13,230 nt of DNA, taken from IMG/VR virus record IMGVR_UViG_2695420589_000016, one strand, 5' to 3'. Source of the DNA: a virus. Its lineage: Duplodnaviria; Heunggongvirae; Uroviricota; Caudoviricetes. A model generated the notes under the pieces. It saw nothing but the letters and a program-made list of their open reading frames with translations, was not told the origin of the DNA and did not search any database. The stretch's first letter is position 1. Each line of letters opens with the position of its first letter. The translations under genes and the position numbers were made by a program. This document shows positions 1 to 5,780 of this stretch, piece after piece.

Positions 1-261
1 TTAATTCTGAGGTAAAGGCAAGCTCATCTGATTGTTTCCCCTGTGTGAAGCTGGCAGATCATGCCACGGGATATCTTCTGAAGAGTGAACGCCGGAGGCG
101 TGTTTTGATGTGAATTTATGGAAAGCTTCCAGTGTTGAGAAGCATACGCCGCATTCCAGATTGTTACACTGGTAATACTTTTGCCGCACGGTGTTTGAAT
201 CATTTTCCGGACGACTGGTGCGGATACGGGCAGATGCGCCACAAAGCGGACAACGGAACAT
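1..261 (-). CDS. ogr: Ogr/Delta-family zinc-finger late-gene transcriptional activator
   Basis: 86-aa ORF, ATG at 261-259, TAA at 3-1. SD GGGAGG (minus strand of 267-272) lies 5 nt upstream. N-terminus MFRCPLCG...YYQCNNLECG gives C4-x2-C7-x24-C32-x4-C37, the four-cysteine zinc finger of P2 Ogr / 186 Delta. Lies downstream of gpD on the same strand, as ogr does in P2. Confidence 0.85.
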   Translation of the reverse strand: MFRCPLCGASARIRTSRPENDSNTVRQKYYQCNNLECGVCFSTLEAFHKFTSKHASGVHSSEDIPWHDLPASHRGNNQMSLPLPQN

Positions 262-291
262 AGCGACCTCCCTTAACGTAGTGCAGGGGCT

Positions 292-320
292 ATTCTAAGT
301 TGTTCTGGCTCATACTCCAA
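292..320 (-). promoter_or_regulatory. Candidate sigma70 promoter for ogr (-35 TTGGAG, 17-nt spacer, -10 TAGAAT on the minus strand)
   Basis: Minus-strand hexamers read from plus 315-320 (ctccaa) and 292-297 (attcta). The -10 matches TATAAT at 5/6, the -35 is weak (3/6). Position is about 30 nt upstream of the ogr start. Motif match only. Confidence 0.2.
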
Positions 321-369
321 CAGCCAGTCCGTTTCGAGCGAAAAGCGGTGATTTAACTCTTGAAGAAAT

Positions 370-397
370 AGGCTTTGATACGATTTATCCAAAGCCT
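370..397 (-). terminator. Possible intrinsic terminator downstream of gene X (8-bp stem AGGCTTTG/CAAAGCCT, 12-nt loop)
   Basis: Perfect inverted repeat 370-377 / 390-397. On the minus strand it is followed by a moderately U-rich stretch (AUUUCUUCA). It lies between the gene X stop (505) and the ogr start (261). Weak, because the stem is AT-rich. Confidence 0.25.
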
Positions 398-504
398 GTA
401 AAAGATTGGAATGTTTTTTATCCTGTCATCTATTTTGGGAAAAGATCAGGAAATAGTTATGCACTTATAGATTTACTATAGCATTGTATTATTTGAGTAC
501 ACCC

Positions 505-2007
505 TCATGTTTTGATTTGTGCGCTAATAGAACTTTTCTGTCTTTTCTTCTGCTCTTGAATGTATGTCTGCACCATTTCTGTTATGGTTGAAAATGCACT
601 ATGTTCTTCTATAGTTATTTTTAATTTAAATGTTTTAATGACCGGATTGGTAAGGTTATTTGCATCAACTCTCACCTCAATTGCACCATTCACTTTCTTT
701 GGTTTGTTGGCTGTATATACGAACAACGGGAATATTTCTTCTTTGACTTGATGACGCCACTCTTCGCATTCCAGCGATACAACTTGAACTGGCTCATTTC
801 TCTTTTCTTTATAATAAAAATCGTTTTTATCCCTTTCTGTTGGAGTAAGAGATAACAAAGGACCAATTTCTTTTGAAATTATACTGGATAGCGGTGTTTC
901 CAAAGCTCCCCCAGCGTAAGGCATTCTTTCTGTTACGCCACATACACTACGCCATTTTCCTTTGGGGGCGGTAGGGGCTGAAGGTAGGTCAATCCTTTTG
1001 CTTTCAGTCAGCTCTTCCATTATCTCCCAATTAAATCCACACAGACGAAAATCTCCTTTTGCTGTAAATGTTACCACAGCACGTTCAGCGATAGTATAAC
1101 CTGTGTTTTGTAATAAAAACGACAGCGGGTAATTTATTGCCTTCGGATTAATATGAGTATGACAGTTTTTCAGTATTTCTTCACACTGCTTTTTCCAAAG
1201 TGGATAATGTTTTTCTTTATAAAGAGAAATATCATCTGCTGATACAGGGAAATACTCCTGTTGACTAAATGACTTGATGATTTTTTCTAGTGATTGTGGG
1301 GTAGTTTGTTCATTGTCAAAGTTTGTAACCAATGGGAATGCATCCGTTAGTTGACAAAGCAAATTATCAACTTCATATTCAGATAAAGCTGTATAATAAG
1401 GAAGTACAATATTTAATTGCTCGTCATCGGCTACTTTAATGCTGAAATCGGGCATAGACTGAGTGAATTGCTTCAGCTTAGCTTCCAGCAATTTAATTTG
1501 TTTATCCTTTTCATCTGGCTCAGCAGGAAGCAACCATGAAGAAGGCACTTTATAGCAGATTATATTATGTTTTATTGCTGAAAAACGTGGACCGCTATCA
1601 TTGGTAATGATTGCCACCTCCGAATCTGGATCGTCAGCGCAATACCCTGCCGCAATACCAACAAAACGATCGTCGGCCTCCTGATAATCCAATTGTTCAG
1701 ATAACTGTTCACATGGTTTCAGGCTTAGATCCATGGTAAGAAAAACTCGCGGCGAGCGTTCACGAATAACAAGAGTCATGTCAGTTGAATCAACTACTTG
1801 ATTAAATAGGCTAGCAGCCTTCCTTGCTTTTTTGGATAGGCGGGAATTACCTTGCCCTTTCTGGCGGTCAATCTCTTGCTGAATGGGCCTTGTAATAATG
1901 ATACATACTTCATCACAAGCAGTAATCTCGGAAAAATTTACCTGCGTCAAGTCCTTGCATTGTAGAAAAATGTTTGAGTCTGGGAATAAATACAGCTTTT
2001 TGTTCAT
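505..2007 (-). CDS. Hypothetical 500-aa protein with PIN-like N-terminal nuclease domain and uncharacterised C-terminal region; candidate prophage-encoded defence/abortive-infection protein
   Basis: Long uninterrupted ORF, ATG at 2007-2005, TGA at 507-505. SD GAGG lies 5 nt upstream (minus-strand TTGAGGTTTGAATG). Residues 1-155 show a PIN-like pattern of conserved acidic residues: D10 in LYLFPDSNIFLQ, E/D in IQQEIDRQ, an acidic cluster in YCADDPDSEV, and T-x-D in VAIITNDSG. A K/E-rich predicted helical stretch sits around residues 165-180. The C-terminal ~320 aa contain nothing I can assign. Confidence 0.8.
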   Translation of the reverse strand: MNKKLYLFPDSNIFLQCKDLTQVNFSEITACDEVCIIITRPIQQEIDRQKGQGNSRLSKKARKAASLFNQVVDSTDMTLVIRERSPRVFLTMDLSLKPCEQLSEQLDYQEADDRFVGIAAGYCADDPDSEVAIITNDSGPRFSAIKHNIICYKVPSSWLLPAEPDEKDKQIKLLEAKLKQFTQSMPDFSIKVADDEQLNIVLPYYTALSEYEVDNLLCQLTDAFPLVTNFDNEQTTPQSLEKIIKSFSQQEYFPVSADDISLYKEKHYPLWKKQCEEILKNCHTHINPKAINYPLSFLLQNTGYTIAERAVVTFTAKGDFRLCGFNWEIMEELTESKRIDLPSAPTAPKGKWRSVCGVTERMPYAGGALETPLSSIISKEIGPLLSLTPTERDKNDFYYKEKRNEPVQVVSLECEEWRHQVKEEIFPLFVYTANKPKKVNGAIEVRVDANNLTNPVIKTFKLKITIEEHSAFSTITEMVQTYIQEQKKRQKSSISAQIKT

Positions 2008-2042
2008 TCAAACCTCAACTATGTCAATGGTGTTAGATTAAT

Positions 2043-2070
2043 ATAATAATAGTTATCAATTGGTTATCAA
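2043..2070 (-). promoter_or_regulatory. Candidate sigma70 promoter for gene X (-35 TTGATA, 16-nt spacer, -10 TATTAT) overlapping a TTGATAA-N4-TTGATAA direct repeat
   Basis: Minus-strand hexamers read from plus 2065-2070 and 2043-2048, both 5/6 to consensus, placing a transcription start about 30 nt upstream of the ATG at 2007. The heptamer TTATCAA occurs twice on the plus strand (2053-2059 and 2064-2070), separated by TTGG. Confidence 0.3.
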
Positions 2071-2232
2071 AGCATGATTCTTACCACCCCTGATGTCAGG
2101 TAGGAAAACACCATATGTTTCTGCTCTGTTTTTCCTTAGAAATAGGCATCCTTGCTGGAACAAAGCGAGCAGCTATATTGACTCTATGTTGTGAGTGTGT
2201 TGATCCGTTCTGAGTTAATACATTTAAGTTGC

Positions 2233-3342
2233 TCACTCTGTTTCTGCTATCCATTCCGGGATTTTTGCCTCAAGCTCAAGCTGCGTGGTAAAGCCGCTGT
2301 TATCAATGGTGTGCTCGGCTTTTGCAATAATCCAGTCCTGATTATCAATCTCGCTTTTAAATCCTGTTACCGTGCCATGCATTTCGGGGTAGAGTTCTGC
2401 ACGTCCATGCGCCAGTGTGATGGAGAATGATGCGGCTCCGCGTTGTAGCTGCTGCCACTTTGCCGCCGCTGCACGTCTTGCTGCCTGCTCGTTCTGATAA
2501 GTTTTGCGTAACACAAACACGTTGCCTTCCGCACCTTCCATATAGTCGCCTTCCCGGCTGCTGCTTTTCTCCTTTTTTGGTTTTGACGGTTTGCGGCGTT
2601 TCACGCTGACTTTTTTCTTTTTCCCGTAATTAAGATCAAGCCAGTAAGCGCGTACCCCCGTATACGCTTCGCGGTCAGCAATGCGGAACTGATGGCGATC
2701 GCCGCTGCTGCGTGTGATGGCGAACGAGGGCAACGGCTGGCCCTGTGCGTTCACGCCACCACCGGGCATGATGAATAACAGATTACCGCTTTTTACCGTG
2801 GTGATTGCGCCCAGCATTTCCGCCATGCGCGTAAGGAAGGACATGTCGCTTTCTTCGGTCTGGTCGGCGTGGTCGATTTCGATATCCATCAGCATTTCGC
2901 TGATTTGCGGTTTCAGACCATACCGATGAGCGATGGCGGATACCACACGCTCAACGGTCACATCATGCCAGGACACCTCACGTTTAACGTTAAATTCAGC
3001 CCGAAAATCTGCGCTTCTGGCTGAAACAGTCAGCCTGTCCGGCGGTCCTTCGTGAGCGATTTCATCAACAATGTAAGTGCCTTTTTCTGTCAGCGGTTCT
3101 CCCTTCCAGCCAATGAGAACCGTCAGGCGCGCGCCCCGTGGCGGTAGCTGCAACTGACCATCCGCATCATCCAGCGTGATGGTGAGCTGGTCCGCCTCAA
3201 ATCCCCGGTTGTCGGTCAGTGACAGGCTCATCAGGCGCTCTGCCACGCCTGACAGCGTTTTACCCTCCGCGAGAATATCAAAATCCGGCATTTTCACGGG
3301 GTCTGTGCCCTGACTGAGCAATTGCATGGTGGTGTCGGTCAT
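2233..3342 (-). CDS. D: Phage late control gene D protein (gpD, tail/baseplate hub)
   Basis: The ORF is open from 3474, but I place the start at the ATG at 3342-3340 (MTDTTMQLL...) because it has a strong SD GGGAGGG 6-7 nt upstream, whereas the ATG at 3474 has none and would sit 25 nt from the divergent FI start. Size (369 aa) and position next to ogr fit gpD. Family assignment is from recollection of gpD-like proteins, not a search. Confidence 0.7.
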   Translation of the reverse strand: MTDTTMQLLSQGTDPVKMPDFDILAEGKTLSGVAERLMSLSLTDNRGFEADQLTITLDDADGQLQLPPRGARLTVLIGWKGEPLTEKGTYIVDEIAHEGPPDRLTVSARSADFRAEFNVKREVSWHDVTVERVVSAIAHRYGLKPQISEMLMDIEIDHADQTEESDMSFLTRMAEMLGAITTVKSGNLLFIMPGGGVNAQGQPLPSFAITRSSGDRHQFRIADREAYTGVRAYWLDLNYGKKKKVSVKRRKPSKPKKEKSSSREGDYMEGAEGNVFVLRKTYQNEQAARRAAAAKWQQLQRGAASFSITLAHGRAELYPEMHGTVTGFKSEIDNQDWIIAKAEHTIDNSGFTTQLELEAKIPEWIAETE

Positions 3343-3499
3343 CTGCTCCCTCCCTGTGTGGCATGGTCGCATGTGCGTGCGGAGGGGGTTACTGCTTTTT
3401 GTTGTCGCCGTGGCGGGAGAATGGCGCAGGGGTGAGATTACGCGCGTGGTGGGTGATGATTGTTGCCGAATCATTTAACGGATACAAGGGGTTGAAGCT

Positions 3500-4684
3500 A
3501 TGAGTGAAACTCGTTTTCATGGTGCCCGTGTTACGGAAAATACCGACCTGGTAACAGCGATTAACGATGTTGATTCCAGCGTTATCGGTATCGTGGCAAC
3601 GGCGGATGATGCGGACGCGGAGCTGTTCCCGCTGAACAAGCCCACACTGCTGCCCCGCGTCAATGACGTGCTGGGAAAATGCGGAACAACGGGGACGCTT
3701 TATCGTGCGCTTAAGGCCATCGCAGACCAGGTGAGCACAAAGGTGATCGTCGTTCGCGTGGCTGAACACAAAGAAGAAGACGGAAAAACGCAGGATCAAC
3801 TGGTTATCGGTGGTTCTGAATCTGACGGCAGCTATACGGGGATGTATGCGCTGCTTGTTGCAGAGCAGGATGAAAGCATCGGATACCGTCCGCGTATTCT
3901 GGCCGCGCCGGAGCTGGACACGGAGGCGGTGACAAAATCCCTGTGCGTGATTGCGGGTAAACTGCGCGCGTTTGTGTATGCCTCATGTCATGACTGTAAC
4001 ACGATGGCTGAGGCAATTACCTACCGCCAGAAATTCAACGAACGTGAGGTGATGCTCTTATGGCCGGACTTCATCGCCTACAACCCGAAAAGTGGCAAAA
4101 ACGAAACGTTCCCCGCGCCTGCCTATGCGTGCGGCCTTCGTGCGTACATTGACCATGAGCAGGGCTGGCACAAATCGCTGTCCAACGTTCCGGTTAAAAA
4201 TGTGCTGGGGATGTCCAGGCATGTGTTCTGGTCGTTGCAGGCCGAAGACAGTGATGCCAACAGCCTCAACAACAAAGAAATCACGACCATTATTCGTCGC
4301 AACGGGTTCCGCTTCTGGGGCAACCGCACACCGGAAACGAACGCCTACATCTTTGAGGTGTATACCCGAACCGCACAGGTGCTGGCTGATTCAATTGCGG
4401 AAGCGCAGTTTGAAACCATCGACAGTCCACTGACGCCTGCGAACGTGAAGGATGTTATCGGTGCCATCAGGGCAAAACTGGATTCACTGGTTACTGCCGG
4501 GAAACTGATTGGGGCGTCGTGCTGGTATGACGTGGTGGATAACGGCACCACGAATTTACGTCAGGGGCGCGTGCGTATTCGCTACAAATATACGCCTGTT
4601 CCCCCGCTGGAAGACATGGAGCTTTACCAGTCGTTTACTGATGAATTCTTTGGTCCCGCATTTGCGGTGCTGGGAGGTGCCTGA
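3500..4684 (+). CDS. FI: Contractile tail sheath protein (gpFI)
   Basis: 394-aa ORF, ATG at 3500, AAGGGG upstream. Size and sequence character match myovirus tail sheath (P2 FI is about 396 aa). Its stop overlaps the FII start (ATGA at 4682-4686). Confidence 0.9.
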   Translation: MSETRFHGARVTENTDLVTAINDVDSSVIGIVATADDADAELFPLNKPTLLPRVNDVLGKCGTTGTLYRALKAIADQVSTKVIVVRVAEHKEEDGKTQDQLVIGGSESDGSYTGMYALLVAEQDESIGYRPRILAAPELDTEAVTKSLCVIAGKLRAFVYASCHDCNTMAEAITYRQKFNEREVMLLWPDFIAYNPKSGKNETFPAPAYACGLRAYIDHEQGWHKSLSNVPVKNVLGMSRHVFWSLQAEDSDANSLNNKEITTIIRRNGFRFWGNRTPETNAYIFEVYTRTAQVLADSIAEAQFETIDSPLTPANVKDVIGAIRAKLDSLVTAGKLIGASCWYDVVDNGTTNLRQGRVRIRYKYTPVPPLEDMELYQSFTDEFFGPAFAVLGGA

Positions 4685-5196
4685 TGGCTGTACCAAAACA
4701 TCTTCGCTTTTTTACGCTGTTTGTGGATGGTGAAAACGAAGTGGGTAAGGTGACGTCCGTCACTCTGCCTAAGCTGACGCGCAAAACCGACAGCTACCGG
4801 GGTGGTGGCATGATGGGAGCGGTAAGTATTGATCTCGGCCTGGATGACTCCGCGCTTGATGCGAGCTTTGTCATGGGGGGCGCAGTTCGTGAGCTGTTCC
4901 TTAAGTATGGCGGCACGATTGACGGTACGCTGCTGCGTTTTGCGGGTGAATACTACACCGACGCTGAAAGCGACCTGTATGAAGTCGAAATGCGCGGACG
5001 TGTGACGGAAATTGATATGGGGGAAGCCAAACAGGGCGAAGCCACATCACACACTTACGCCATTAAAAACACCTACTACAAGCTGAGTGTTAACGATCGC
5101 CCGTTGTGGGAGATTGACCTGCTGAACTTCATTTACCGGAAGGACGGCAGGGACATTGTGCCCGATCGCATCCGTTCCGCGCTCGGGCTTGGCTGA
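4684..5196 (+). CDS. FII: Tail tube protein (gpFII)
   Basis: 170-aa ORF translationally coupled to FI. Size and position match the P2 tail tube protein (about 172 aa). Confidence 0.9.
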   Translation: MAVPKHLRFFTLFVDGENEVGKVTSVTLPKLTRKTDSYRGGGMMGAVSIDLGLDDSALDASFVMGGAVRELFLKYGGTIDGTLLRFAGEYYTDAESDLYEVEMRGRVTEIDMGEAKQGEATSHTYAIKNTYYKLSVNDRPLWEIDLLNFIYRKDGRDIVPDRIRSALGLG

Positions 5197-5250
5197 TAAG
5201 TAATATGCAGGCGGCGCAGTGCGTCGCCTCTGACTGAAAGGAGTTTCCTG

Positions 5251-5616
5251 ATGAAAGAGACGAAAAACATCGATACCGAAAACACGGTCGTTGCTGACAC
5301 TGTGAAAGAAACCAGTGAGCGTGGCGTAAAACTTACCCAACCAATTGAGCGAGGCGGCGAAAAAATCACGTATGTGGAGATCACCGGGGCTATTGAGCAG
5401 GCTGGATCTCTGCGAGATTTGTCGCTGTCTGATGTGCTGAATTTGAAAGCGGAATCCATGTTTACGCTGCTGTCACGCGTGACATCACCGCGACTGGATG
5501 AAGTGACGATCAAAAAAATGGCATCCCGTGACTTTATTCAGTTATGTGTGGTTGCCGTAAATTTTTTGAGCGGTGCGGACTCTGGCGAGAAGAACGAACA
5601 GGCGACGGAAGCCTGA
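5251..5616 (+). CDS. E: Tail assembly chaperone gpE (zero-frame product)
   Basis: 121-aa ORF, ATG at 5251 preceded by AAGGAG. Sits between the tube and tape-measure genes, the conserved position of the tail chaperone, and contains the slippery heptamer near its 3' end. Confidence 0.8.
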   Translation: MKETKNIDTENTVVADTVKETSERGVKLTQPIERGGEKITYVEITGAIEQAGSLRDLSLSDVLNLKAESMFTLLSRVTSPRLDEVTIKKMASRDFIQLCVVAVNFLSGADSGEKNEQATEA

Positions 5617-5780
5617 TCACGGTTGTGTGCTTTGAGCACATAGAAGACTTTGTGGCGGATATTGCCGCCATTTTTAACTGGTCGCCCGCCGAAATCTTCA
5701 TGATGACGCCCGGCGAAGTGGTTAGCTGGCGTGAGCGGGCGGCACTTCGCAGCGGGAATGCAGACAATGAAGACTCTTGA
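5251..5780 (+). CDS. E': Tail assembly chaperone E+E' (-1 frameshift fusion product)
   Basis: The E frame up to the slippery site at 5562-5568 joined to the -1 frame ORF ending at 5780. This conserved two-frame chaperone arrangement precedes the tape-measure gene in P2 and most long-tailed phages. Confidence 0.65.
5562..5568 (+). other. Programmed -1 ribosomal frameshift slippery heptamer T_TTT_TTG (E to E')
   Basis: The heptamer is in the X_XXY_YYZ register relative to the E frame (codons AAT TTT TTG = N F L). The -1 frame is open from here to the TGA at 5778-5780. Confidence 0.7.

Larger units (their letters stand above)
262..2232 (-). other. AT-rich cargo (moron) island inserted between gpD and ogr, containing gene X and its flanking control regions
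   Basis: Hand counts of 60-nt samples inside 505-2007 give roughly 32-37% GC, whereas gpD immediately adjacent is visibly GC-rich (for example 2701-2760). In P2 nothing of this size separates D from ogr (recalled gene order). Confidence 0.6.

Noticed and set aside
385-396. TTATCCAAAGCC, an 11/12 match to the left half-site of the recalled gix sequence, near the gene X / ogr junction
   Set aside because: Only a half-site; the adjacent bases do not form the inverted right half. The motif is part of the stem-loop at 370-397. A chance match is plausible at this length, so it is not called as a recombination site.
24-751. ORF 24-242 (-), overlapping ogr in another frame, and ORF 560-751 (+), antisense inside gene X
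   Set aside because: Both are fully embedded in better-supported genes, lack ribosome-binding sites and have low-complexity composition typical of out-of-frame or antisense translation.
2570-2640. Poly-A/T tracts within gpD (encoding the lysine-rich stretch GKKKKVSVKRRKPSKPKKEK), considered as a possible frameshift site
   Set aside because: The A-runs are not in the X_XXY_YYZ register in the D frame and no alternative frame is open downstream. Read as a basic low-complexity linker.
3343-3499. Canonical P2 Ogr-binding late promoter element TGT-N12-ACA upstream of FI
   Set aside because: No exact match on either strand in the spacer; only TGT-N12-AGA at 3403-3420. Mentioned in a finding but not annotated as a feature.
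3389-3799. ORF 3389-3799 (-) and the alternative gpD start at ATG 3474
   Set aside because: The 136-aa ORF is antisense to the FI 5' end and Arg/Cys/His-rich. The ATG at 3474 has no SD and would put the D start 25 nt from the FI start; the ATG at 3342 has a strong GGGAGGG SD.
5731-5766. Start of the tape-measure ORF at 5731 as listed in the ORF track
   Set aside because: The first in-frame ATG with sensible context is at 5767 (MKTLDIRVA), overlapping the E' stop. The upstream part would lie entirely inside E'.
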